Positions 10,540 to 20,468 of a stretch of 64,000 nt of DNA are shown here, piece after piece (position 1 is the first letter of the stretch; each line of letters opens with the position of its first letter). Position numbers and translations under genes: made by a program. A model generated the notes under the pieces. That model saw only the letters and a program-made list of their open reading frames with translations. It searched no databases and was not told the origin of the DNA. The DNA is taken from the NCBI GenBank assembly GCA_963795855.1, contig CAWCIZ010000003.1:864001-928000 (forward strand), in the 5' to 3' direction. This DNA comes from Vulcanimicrobiota bacterium. Lineage in GTDB: Bacteria; Vulcanimicrobiota; Vulcanimicrobiia; Vulcanimicrobiales; Vulcanimicrobiaceae.

Positions 10540-10570
10540 AAGGCTCGGTCATTTTTGACCGGGCCTTTTT
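10540..10570 (+). terminator. Intrinsic terminator between ssb and the first integrase
   Basis: AGGCTCGGTCA-TTTT-TGACCGGGCCT followed by a T run. Confidence 0.75.
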
Positions 10571-10583
10571 CTATGCCAGCCCT

Positions 10584-11876
10584 ATGTCACTCGGATGGCG
10601 CATTATCGTCAAGATGACAGCGTTATCACGCTCAAAATCGTGCTCGTCTAAGCGTCGACCGTCGTTTCAGCCGTCGGATCTTTACAAAATCCGCGTTTCG
10701 GTTGCCGCAACGGGCGAGCATATTCCTTTGCTCGTTGACGCGCAGACCGGCCTTCCGATCGTGCGACCGAATCAGTTTGTGTTAGTGGTACGGCGGGACC
10801 GATGTCAAGTAGCGACCCTGAAAACTGATCTTGCCGCGCTTTCCGTTGTGCTGGCTTGGGCGAAGAGCGTCGCGTTGGATCTACACGATCTTTTCGATCG
10901 AGGAGCGGGCTTGGAGCAAGCACAGCTGGTCGCGCTGGTTGAGGCACTTCGGAGCGATTACCGCAAGCAGTCACAGTCGAAGATTGTGCCACTGCACCGC
11001 GGACTTGTTTCCGCAGGTGTTTGGGCAAACCGTATCGCCACCGCACGCGATTATGTCGCGTGGAACCTTGGCAACACGCTTGCAAAATGTGAGCCGGGAA
11101 CGCTGCGTTATCAGCACATTCGCGAACGCCGCGAAGAGTTGATTAGGGCGTTCGAGGGGCGCATGCCACGCGTTCGCACGAGTTCTGGCCGCAAGGGCTT
11201 AGATGCAGTGCTGAAGGCGAGACTTTTTGTAGTGACTCGGCCCGATGCCGTGGAGAATCCGTTTCAGACCACCGTGCGAGAGCGTAATGCGCTCATCATG
11301 GACGTTTTGCAAATGCTCGGCCTTCGGAGAGCCGAGTTACTGAAACTGCGGACGGCGCATTTTAGACCTGGTCCGAAACCTGCGCTCTTTGTCGAACGCC
11401 GCCCCGACGATCCGGACGATCCGCGGTTAGACCAACCGCAGGTAAAGACGCGAGATCGGCAACTTCCGCTGGACCCGGCTCTCGCAGAACGAATCCATCG
11501 TTATATCACCGTGGAGCGACAACGTATTCCTAATGCGAAGCGATCGCCATTCCTGTTCTTGTCGCGTTCGGGCAAGCCGCTTTCGCTGGCCGGTGTAAAT
11601 AAGATTTTCGAGCAAATCTGCAAGTGGCACGGTGAGTTCAAGGGGCAACTATCGCCGCACGTTCTTCGCCACACCGCGAACGACGATCTTTCGGTCACCC
11701 TTGAAGAGGCCGGCTGCGATGCCGAGGCTGCGAGGGCCGTACGCAATTACCTCAACGGTTGGGAGCCGAATAGCGCGCAGTCGTCAACCTATACTCGCCG
11801 GTTCGTTGAAGGAAGGGCGCAAGAGATTTCTTTGGCGCACCAGCGCCGGATCTTCACGAAGGTCGGTGAACAATGA
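10584..11876 (+). CDS. Tyrosine recombinase 1 (GinA-like)
   Basis: LGLRRAEL, VKT, SPHVLRHT, LNGW, STYT catalytic set; intact ORF. Confidence 0.9.
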   Translation: MSLGWRIIVKMTALSRSKSCSSKRRPSFQPSDLYKIRVSVAATGEHIPLLVDAQTGLPIVRPNQFVLVVRRDRCQVATLKTDLAALSVVLAWAKSVALDLHDLFDRGAGLEQAQLVALVEALRSDYRKQSQSKIVPLHRGLVSAGVWANRIATARDYVAWNLGNTLAKCEPGTLRYQHIRERREELIRAFEGRMPRVRTSSGRKGLDAVLKARLFVVTRPDAVENPFQTTVRERNALIMDVLQMLGLRRAELLKLRTAHFRPGPKPALFVERRPDDPDDPRLDQPQVKTRDRQLPLDPALAERIHRYITVERQRIPNAKRSPFLFLSRSGKPLSLAGVNKIFEQICKWHGEFKGQLSPHVLRHTANDDLSVTLEEAGCDAEAARAVRNYLNGWEPNSAQSSTYTRRFVEGRAQEISLAHQRRIFTKVGEQ

Positions 11877-13383
11877 GCGCATCAAAGCGATCAAACTCAT
11901 TCGACCGCATTTCAGGTATTTATGAGCCGTTGTACGATATGGCGCGACGGCTTGTTCCGGTTGAGAGGCTTGTGTGGCGCGTGCCATCAGTCTCAGGCGG
12001 ACGGCTCAAGAGCCTTAACTGGGGCCGTTTCCCGCAGATCCCGCGCTACATAGCCGAAGCGATTGTCGCCTACATGCGACATAGTGTCGCAACGAAATCA
12101 CCGGACCACTGCCTGGGCACGTTCAATAGTCTCGTGCAATTCGCCGAAACAATGGTGACGCAGAGCGACCATCATGAGATGCGAACTCTGCTTCTGCTGC
12201 ATTTGGCGCGCATACGTGGTATCGCTCAGGAGTGGCGTTACCACTACGTGCGCGATTGGTATAGATGGTGCTTCGACCAGAACATTTCCGGGCTCGACGA
12301 ACCAGAACTACTGTACGAGTGTGGTCTCGCTCCGAATTCCCGGCAACCGCAAGGGCGAAGCCGGTGCTTTCCGAAGACCCGGACGATGGTCCGCTGGACG
12401 AGATCGAAGAAATTGCGTTACGCGCTGCCCTTCAACGCGATAGCGACTCACTTGTGGAGCGCACGCTGACCTGGATGTTCTTGGCTTTGGGCTGCAATCC
12501 AAAGAATCTGGTTCATTTGCAAGAGAGCGACCTCACATCGATCACAAGCGAGCAGCATACGTATTTCACCCTCAGCGTTCCGCGTATCAAGAAAGGCGTG
12601 CCACCGCGGGCAGTACTGAAGCCGCGCAAGATGGATGCGTTTCTCGCGGAACTGCTCAGACAGCTTATCGAGCGCAACGCGACACTGAACATTCCCGAAG
12701 GCTTTTCAAGGCCGCTTTTTGCCCGTGCGACGCCGCGGCGGGATTGCGTCGGCACCGATATCGAACACTACGCGTATCACTTTACATCACATGATCTCAG
12801 AACGATTCTTGCATCCTACGTGGAGCGCCTAAACGTTATCTCGCATCGCACAGGGCGACCACTGCGAATTACACCAAGGCGATTACGTTACACGTTCGCC
12901 ACGCGAAAGGTCCAAGAGGGTTGCTCAATGGAGGCGTTGGCGGACCTCCTCGATCACTCAGACCTTCAGAATGTGATCGTTTATGACGCGGGTACGTCGA
13001 TGGCCAAGCACCTGGACGAGGCACTTGCAGTGTCGCTTGGGCCGCTGGTGAACCGGTTCATGGGGCGGGTCGTAGCGCGTGAATCCCAGGCGTTCAATGG
13101 CGGCGGGCGCATTAAGGCCGACACCATGGGGCGCATTAAAAACATTGGCACGTGTGGCAGCACATCGCTGTGCACGCTCTTTCCACCATTCTCGTGCTAC
13201 CTTTGTCCCGTTTTTCAACCGTGGCGCAATGCACCCCATCGTGAAGTGTTGGCGGATCTGATTAAGCAGCGCGATGCGCGAGTCCAGGTGAGTGGACGTG
13301 TCGACGATCGCATCGCGAAACAGTACGATGAGATTATCCTTGCCGTCGGCCAGGTTGTGGCGCAATGTGAGGGTGCTGCATGA
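11873..13383 (+). CDS. Tyrosine recombinase 2 (GinB-like), frameshifts near 12320 and 12360
   Basis: ITPRRLRYTFAT, LLDHSD, C-terminal Cys cluster GTCG..LC...FSCYLC; ATGA overlap with gene 1. Confidence 0.82.
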
Positions 13384-15292
13384 GACTTGCATCCGCAGCC
13401 TTACATGAGCCCAGAAAGCAGCTTGAGGCGTTTATCGACAAGATGCGTGCGGCAGCGCCCTTTGGCAAGGTTGACTGGGATAACGCTATGTGGGACCTAC
13501 GGACTGTCTTACGCGGGCGGGTAAGCGTCTTCACAAGCGGACGCGCGAGGTGTTGTGGTTCACCGAGCATAGGCCGACCGGAGCGACGCCGGCAGTCCGC
13601 TTTTGCTGCGCCGTTCGTAGACTTTGCAAAGGCGATAATATGTGCGCGGCATTTAAGATCTGCGCAGACCATTGGCGCGCATCGCGTTTCAGTACGGGCA
13701 GAGCGCTATCTGTACGACGCGCTTAGAAAGGACGGTCTGCTGAGATCCGTGTTCCCTGCAGCACCGCCATTTCGTGTGGGCGGAAGATGCTGCGAGGAGA
13801 CGCGAAAAAATCAGCAGCGCATACCGCGTGAGTCAACGGCTGGAGGAAATTGCAAAGTCTCGTCGACCAGCACGCCATCTCAGGGCTGCGCATACAGTTC
13901 CGCTCGTCGATCCCGAAAAGTGAAACAGTCTGTCATTGTCAGCAAGATGCCCACACGGGAAACGCTTGAGGCACTCGCCGACATTTCGGCATCGAACGAC
14001 GTGTATAACGAGCGTGGAACGTTGATTTGCATGCGCATTGTCGATATTCTTGCCGCGACCGGCTTTCGCATAGGTGAAGCGCTGACGTTACCTTCCAGCC
14101 CGATCGTTCGGCGCGGCGATAACATTGGGCTTCGTTATTGGCCGGAAAAAGGCGGACAGCTACGCATAAAAACCATCAGTTCCGTGCACCGTGATCTGGT
14201 TGAACGTGCCGTCGCTGATTTGACGGAGGCATGCGCGGAGGCCCGTCGTCTGGCTCGATGGTGCGAGGAGAACCCTAGTCGGGTGGCACTTCCTAAAGGG
14301 CTGCCAGAAAACATGACTTCTGCGGATTTTGCCACGCTCTCGCTGGATGACAACCCATCGCAATGGCTTCGCGTTCACAAAGTTCCGTACCGGCGGCAAG
14401 ATAGGAAGATCGCCTTTGCCCGAAAAGACCTAGAACGTGCGCTCGATTGCGCTGCGCGATAATCGCCCACTGGTCCGTACAACGTACGGACAACAGCACT
14501 TGTCGAAATCGCTTATCGTGGTGTTTCTGAACGAGATGCATGCGAAGCGCAAGACGAATAGGTTTGTCTCCATCGGCGTATCATGGTCGGTAATATCCGA
14601 CTTCCTCGGTGGGCGGGAAGAGCATGGATATCGCGGTGTCTTCAGCCGGTTCAACGTGCGCGATGAATCGGGCGACTTCCATCGGATTACCACGCACCAG
14701 TTTCGGCATTGGCTCAGCACCATGGCAAAACGTGGCGGCTTGTCAGAGGTCGAACCCGCGCGGTGGATGGGGCGGCGACGTCTTGCCGACAATCGTGCGT
14801 ACGATCATCGAACGCAACCTGAACGCGCTGAAGAGGCGCGCGCACTGATCCGCGACGGTCGCGCAGCAGGTCCCGTTGTTGACACGTATAGGTCTCTTCC
14901 ACCGGCTGATGGTGACGCGTTTCTCGACGCACACGTTAACGCGGTTCTGACCACGCCGTATGGAATGTGCTTACATGACTACGGACAGGGGCCTTGCGAG
15001 AGGCACTTTTCGTGCGCCGGTTGCGGAGAGTCGCTTCGCCGAAAAGGTGATCCGGAAGAGCGTGCTGCCCTCATAGCAACGCTCGGACGCACTCGCAAGG
15101 CGTTGGACGCAGGTGAAGGTCGAGGCTGCCGACGGCACGTACGGCGCATCAAATTGGATCGCGCGAAATCATGGCCTGGAGATTGATTTAATTACGATGT
15201 TAGCCGTTGACGATGACAATGCGCATAGCCACGGAGATCGAGTGCGTATTTGGCCACAAAACAGTAGGAAGCGGGACAATCATGGCTCCTAG
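13380..15292 (+). CDS. Tyrosine recombinase 3 (GinC-like), several frameshifts
   Basis: ATGFRIGE, HQFRHWLST, WMGR..AYDH, GMCLHD..PC..SCAGC, then GTYGASNW in a shifted frame to TAG at 15292. Confidence 0.78.
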
Positions 15293-15740
15293 ACGCCGGC
15301 GTAGAGTGCCGAAAATGTCAGCGGAGGACAAGCAGCGGGTGTTCCACGAGTGGACGCGTGGTGCCGGCACGAGCGCAAAGGACGCCTCACGTGGGCGCGG
15401 CTTGAAGAGATATCGGGATTTACGCGTCAGGCGCTATCAAGTCATTCGGATATTGTTGAGCAATACGGCGTCGCCAAAGCTATCAACCGGCCTGACAAAA
15501 CGCGTACTCCGTTACCAAAAACGACTGACCAACGCGTACTCGACTCGCAGTGCGAGGTTGAGCGTTTAAAATCGATCATCAACCGTTACGACGAGCGATG
15601 GGCGACATATGCGCGCAATGCCCGCCCTACTCGGATATGACTTGGAGCGCTTGGAGGAGCCCCTTACGCCACCCGGACGCGCAGATTTACGGGTAGCGCG
15701 GCCTCCTGTGCAGAAGCGAGGCGGCCATGGGCGTCTTTGA
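15282..15740 (+). CDS. Small accessory protein of the recombinase operon (GinD-like), two frameshifts
   Basis: Joined frames read MAPRRRR...LTWARLEEISGFTRQAL...coiled coil...LERLEEPL; overlaps the end of gene 3. Confidence 0.65.
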
Positions 15741-16021
15741 TGGACGGGGATTTTCGTGTCGTCGAGTGGTCGAACAGCGGCAGCCTGTCTTGGAGGTGTA
15801 TCACGAGAGTGATGGCGACTGGCAGCTCCTTTGCGGGGGTAACGAACACGAGGACGACAGTCAAATTCTATTGCTACATCCCGCCCACTTGGTCGAGAAA
15901 GATAGTGCGCTCGCACAGGCTTGCGGATTTGCCCCTTGGCTTCGTCGCTACGCGCACTTCACCGAACGAGCCATGGAAGTGCGCGCCGATCGAGGACGAG
16001 GACGATGAGGAAGAAGAGTGA
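15727..16021 (+). CDS. DUF2185/Imm33-like small protein, frameshift near 15920
   Basis: VYHESDGDWQLLCG...DSAL + LADLPLGFVATR...W. Confidence 0.55.
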
Positions 16022-16054
16022 GAGCCGAGAGACGCTATTCCAGTTTACCGCGAA

Positions 16055-16816
16055 ATGCTTGCAGAACGGCCAAACGATCCGGTACTTTGGTTCGATCTCG
16101 GTCTCGCGTACAAACGACTCAAAGATTGGAGTTCGTGTGTTGAGGCGAACTCGAAGGCGCTTGAAATCTCGCAGAGCGCCGGCGATCCGGCTTGGTGGAA
16201 TCTCGGTATAGCAGCGACTGCTCTCAGAAACTGGGATCTTGCACGAAAGGCTTGGCGCGGATACGGCCTGGAGATCGATGACGGCCCAGGGCCCGTAGTC
16301 TGTGACTACGGTTCTACGCCCGTTCGTTTACCAAACGACGAAATTGTATGGGGACCTCGAATCGATCCGGCCCGCGTAATCGTAAGAAACATTCCATTTC
16401 CTGAGAGCGGCTTTCGGTGGGGTGATATCGTTCTCCACGATGGTGCTCCCAATGGTGAGCGCGAAATGAATGGCACGGTGTATTCGGTATTCGATGTACT
16501 TGAACGCTGGAGTCCGTCAGAGATTCCAACACTAGGCGTTGACGTGCACTGCGATTCCATCGAAGATTCCAAGGATTTAATCCGCGCATTTGAATCCCAC
16601 GACTTCGGTGCGGAGGACTGGTCTACAAATGTCCGCTATATCTGCAAGGACTGCAGTGAAGGCCGCCCAGGGCATAATCACGTCCCCCGTGACCCTGGAC
16701 CGAAAAGGTCGTTCGCTTTGGCGAGCCCCATGGGCGCTGCGTTGCAGTTTCTACAAGAATGGTGCGCGGCGTCTCCACACTCCCGCCGATTCTCCAAGCC
16801 CGTACCCATCGGCTGA
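16055..16816 (+). CDS. Tetratricopeptide repeat protein with Cys/His motif (true start probably slightly upstream)
   Basis: WFDLGLAYK, AWWNLGIAATAL TPRs; CKDCSEG..H.H. Confidence 0.75.
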   Translation: MLAERPNDPVLWFDLGLAYKRLKDWSSCVEANSKALEISQSAGDPAWWNLGIAATALRNWDLARKAWRGYGLEIDDGPGPVVCDYGSTPVRLPNDEIVWGPRIDPARVIVRNIPFPESGFRWGDIVLHDGAPNGEREMNGTVYSVFDVLERWSPSEIPTLGVDVHCDSIEDSKDLIRAFESHDFGAEDWSTNVRYICKDCSEGRPGHNHVPRDPGPKRSFALASPMGAALQFLQEWCAASPHSRRFSKPVPIG

Positions 16817-16854
16817 GGGACGTTGAGTAAGTTGACAAAAATGCTCTACAGAAC

Positions 16855-16902
16855 CGTTTTAGCGTTTTAGCATTTTAGCGTTCTAGCGTTTCAGCGTTCG
16901 AA
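16855..16902. repeat. Six degenerate 8-bp tandem repeats (left arm 1)
   Basis: CGTTTTAG CGTTTTAG CATTTTAG CGTTCTAG CGTTTCAG CGTTCGAA. Confidence 0.9.
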
Positions 16903-16929
16903 AAGTGGAAATGATCCGTCGCGACCAAT

Positions 16930-16976
16930 AAAATGTGCGAAAAACGTCCTGTGTTTGCAGGGCGTTTTTGCATTTT
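16930..16976. terminator. A/T-flanked hairpin of left arm 1 (bidirectional-terminator-like)
   Basis: AAAAACGTCCTG-TGTTTG-CAGGGCGTTTTT. Confidence 0.7.
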
Positions 16977-17033
16977 CTATCGTAGGCGTGCAGTTAAATT
17001 CGCTACCGCCCAAGGTTCGGCGGCCCGCGTAAT

Positions 17034-17910
17034 TCACAGTCTTAAGACTCTTAGTCGTTTAGGGTCCGCAATCACGTCAAATCGCACGATGCGCTTGTCT
17101 GCGACTTGCAGAACGATGGCAAGCTTCAAATTACCTTCTGAGGAAATAACGATTCCCGGACTACCGTCAATTTGCGCGACCCGCCCGCGCAACGCGAAGG
17201 CACGGAAGCGAGCTGCATCCGACACGACGGCAGGCGCGCCTTCGACTCGCTGTGACGCGGCGGTGGGCAGAACTTGAGGATCCGCAATCCGTATCACGTT
17301 TGGGTCTAGCAGCGCCATAAGGCGGCCAGTATCCCCTTCCCGTGCAGCATGTAAAAATGCTTCCGCCACCTGGCGTGCGTTCGGATTGTCTTGGCGTACA
17401 ACGGGCGATCTTCGACGCACGCATGCGCGCGCCCGGCTTGCGAGTTTCTTTGCGGCCACAGGCGTGGTGTTGAGAATATGCGCGATCTCTTTAAACGGCA
17501 TTCCAAACGCGTCGTGGAGAACTACTGCAACGCGTTGAGGCGGAGTCAACTCCTCGAGAACGATCGTGAATGCCGTGACTAGCTCGGACGCAAGCAACGT
17601 TGTCTCTTCGGGCTGGCTTGCGTCAGGGGTTGCAATCTGCGGCAACTCACGCTCCTCTTCCGGAATCTCGCGCCGTCTACGTAAGACGTCAACGCAAATC
17701 CGCGCGGCGACGGTAGTCAACCATGCCGGCAGATTTTTGATCGTCGTTGTGTTGGTGCGATCGTATTTGATCCAGGTCTCCTGGACGACGTCTTCGGCTT
17801 CTGTTTGCGAGCCGAGGATCCGGAACGCGACACAAAGTAAATGCCGCCGTTCCACCTCAAAATGCCGCAGCCGTTCCTCTTCTAATCGTTGCACTACGTC
17901 AATATCGACA
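17034..17910 (-). CDS. ECF sigma factor, ECF41/SigJ-like with SnoaL-like C-terminal extension (start approximate)
   Basis: AFRILGS.TEAEDVVQETW, LTPPQRVAVVLHDAFG, KLASRAR, C-terminal IADPKRL. Confidence 0.88.
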
Positions 17911-18247
17911 ATGCCAGCGACGTTCCAGCCAAGGCGAGGAAGAGACCGGGAAACGCGACGTTGTACAGCACACCTGCGCGAATGTGGAACGCGATGGCCC
18001 CGATGAAAAAGACTACTAAGCCCGCAGCCGCCGCCGTTCCGATCGCGGGAACCCCGAGAAGACCCGCAACGAGCCCGAAGGCGCCCGCCGCCTTTAAAAC
18101 AGCGAGCGTGGGAATCCACGAAGGCGGCACGCCGACTTCATCCGATGTCTTGAGTACGAACGGAGCCTTCGCCAGATCAGCAAGACACGCACCCACGTTT
18201 GCGAGAACTGTGAGACCTCCAACGGCCATGTAAAGCTGGTTCATCAT
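17894..18247 (-). CDS. DoxX family membrane protein
   Basis: LKAAGAFGLVAGL, FFIGAIAFHIRA. Confidence 0.8.
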   Translation of the reverse strand: MMNQLYMAVGGLTVLANVGACLADLAKAPFVLKTSDEVGVPPSWIPTLAVLKAAGAFGLVAGLLGVPAIGTAAAAGLVVFFIGAIAFHIRAGVLYNVAFPGLFLALAGTSLALSILT

Positions 18248-18254
18248 GGCATAT

Positions 18255-18281
18255 GACGGCAAGTGGCGGCAAAAGGTGACC
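18255..18281 (-). promoter_or_regulatory. ECF41-type promoter for the DoxX-sigma operon
   Basis: GGTCACC-N16-CGTC, close to the ECF41 consensus TGTCACA-N16-CGTC. Confidence 0.6.
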
Positions 18282-18439
18282 TGGGCGAGGAAAGACTCCG
18301 GACACCCCTCCTAGGACACGAACTCGAATTTGCTCCATGGAGGTTCCGTACGACCTACGGCCATTCGCTTGCGATTCCAATAGTGACCGTTTACTGGTGA
18401 GATCCGGCTCTTCCGGGCACAAAGCTCGCCTTAGTCACC

Positions 18440-18514
18440 AGTTAATGTGAAATGCGAGCAGAAACTACCAATTAGCGTGAAACTCTTCTAAAAGGTGAGG
18501 CAACGCCGTTTTAG
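18440..18514 (+). repeat. Right arm copy 1 (att-like)
   Basis: AGTTAATGTGAAAT...CTAAAAGGTGAGGCAACGCCGTTTTAG; homologous to 20469-20542. Confidence 0.85.
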
Positions 18515-18605
18515 CGTTCTGACGTTCTGAGGTTCTGACGTTTTCGCGTTGTAATATCACCGAATACACGAAAAAAAACGCCCCCTTACGTTCGGGGCGT
18601 TTTTT
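18507..18605. repeat. Left arm 2: six 8-bp repeats plus hairpin
   Basis: CGTTTTAG CGTTCTGA CGTTCTGA GGTTCTGA CGTTTTCG CGTTGTAA, then AAAAAACGCCCC...GGGGCGTTTTTT. Confidence 0.88.
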
Positions 18606-18617
18606 GTCGCTTGATAC

Positions 18618-18802
18618 TCATTGTGGCTCGGCCCGACGGATAGCGCGAAGCTCTTCCAGAATGGAATCGAGTGTCTTTGTGATTCTGTCGTTTGACGCGC
18701 CGTCCGAAGACATCGAGTCCAACGCCAATCCGACGCCGTGCGCGAATTGCCCGAGCGCATCCACTTCGTCTGGTGCGTATGCTTGGCCGCCGGCTCGCTT
18801 GA
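18618..18802 (-). pseudogene. 3' remnant of a TM+GAF-like sensor gene
   Basis: Reads KRAGGQAYAPDEVDALGQFAHGVGLALDSM; similar to 24134-24480; no start. Confidence 0.65.
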
Positions 18803-18858
18803 CGTTCTAGCGTCTCGATTGCCCAATAGTAAAAAGCCCTGTTTACGGGCTTTTTACT
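18803..18858. repeat. Truncated left arm 3: two 8-bp units plus hairpin
   Basis: CGTTCTAG CGTCTCGA, then AGTAAAAAGCCC-TGTTTAC-GGGCTTTTTACT. Confidence 0.7.
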
Positions 18859-18871
18859 TTGTGGCTGTGGG

Positions 18872-20388
18872 TTAGTGCGATGTCGCTAATAACGCACGGA
18901 GCTCTGCATTCTCCACATGATCAAATGCGGCGCACGCGCGATCGATCAGATCGACTAGATGCTGCTCTTCAATCGGATCGATTTTGCTGTGATCGGTGTG
19001 CGCACCGTAGAGCACGAATCCCGCCATCTGCTCCCGCACGACCAACGGGATGGCAACGACTGGCGCATGGCTGCCATGCGGAACGTCGGTGCGTAACCAG
19101 CGCGCCTCGCGAATTTGGAGCGGTGAACGCGCGGAGCGTAAGAAACGCACGAGCTGATCGTCCGCTTCCAGGCGGGCGGCATCCGCCTGATGCCAACCGG
19201 CAGCAGCAACACGAGCGTATTCACTACTGCCGTTACGGCGAAATAATGCCGCCGACGCCAGTCCCAAAGCTTCGGGCGCCTGAATCGCAAGGGCTTCCTC
19301 GATTATGCGTTCATTCGAAGCTAGAGCCAGTGAGGCCCCTAGGCGGCGCAGGTATCGAGCTGCGTCGTAGCGCGAACGAAACAACGTTCGCTCCACGACG
19401 GTCTCGATGCGCCGATGCACCGTATTCATGACGAGCGCAAGCAGGATTGTCGCAATCGCCTGCAACGCAAGCGCCGTTCCGGTCTCTGTAAGGTAGTGTT
19501 CGATGAGCCAGTCGACGCCCGCTATTGAGGCACCGAGTGAGACTGCTGTTGCAGCGAAAACCGTTGACTCGATTCAGTACGAAAATTGGATCAATGTCAC
19601 TGCTCTTGACAAGTGCATACGCAGTGCACGCCGGGAATTATGGCAATTGCTGCCGCTCCGAATCCCGCCCACAATCCAAATGCGGTTTCGTACCCCACAA
19701 TAGGAACGCGAACGGCGATCAAAAACATTGCATACACGAGGTAGCATAGGCCGAGGACCATTCCGAAAAGCGCCAGCCGAATCTGCATCTGCATGCGGCC
19801 CGCGCCCTCGCGATGACGGGCGATGAGAATGCCTGCTGCAATCAGCAGCGACGCCGCGGAGAAATACGCCATCACCGACTCGCCCCAAAAGCTGCCGTGG
19901 AGCGTTTTCGGATATTCGTACACCTCATTCGCGATGAGAAAGCTTTCAGCGGCAATGGCCACCGCAAACGCGATGCGGTCGGCACGAACGCGCCATCCTA
20001 GCACGCTATCGTCCGGGAAGCGAAGGGCAAAAATGATTAATGCCGGCCAAAAGCCGTTATGCGTCAAAAGCGTAGAGATCAAATGAATCGCGTCGCTGGC
20101 GGACGTCGATATTGGTAGGCCTCCCAGGAACGAGTCGGCGGAGTTTAGCGACGCTAAGAACAGTGAAAACGTCATCCATCCCGGACGAACAGTGACAAGC
20201 CACGCGGCGATTACGATTGCGCACGCGGCGAATGTCGCGTCCGTTACGCCGTAGAAGCCTAAAAACTTCTGCGCCAGCGTAACGTGGCCGTGATCGTAGG
20301 CAAAGAGCGCTATTTGATTAGCGATCTGAGTCGAGATAACAACTGCCCCCAGGAACCACGAAATAAGCGGCAGCAGGCGCTTCGACAT
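18872..20388 (-). CDS. Polytopic membrane protein with C-terminal GAF-like domain, two frameshifts near 19565 and 19630
   Basis: FALRFP TM region joined through AYALVK..IDPIFVLNR to VERTLFR...GFVLYGAH...IDPIEE. Confidence 0.7.
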
Positions 20389-20468
20389 GGCGTAGTCTTC
20401 GCGTCGGCTTTCCGATCTACATCGCGTCGGGCTGACAGGGGCCCAAGGTCCTCTCGAAAGGACGCGGT

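Larger units (their letters stand above)
10457..16862 (+). mobile_element. GInt (ginABCD)-like integrative element inserted at the 3' end of ssb
   Basis: Three overlapping tyrosine recombinase genes plus a small coiled-coil gene. CCGTTTTAG direct repeat at 10457-10465 and 16854-16862. TGTCAA inside the left end and TTGACA inside the right end. Confidence 0.75.

Noticed and set aside
16855..18554. Repeat tracts as a CRISPR array
   Set aside because: 8-bp units with no spacers and no cas genes.
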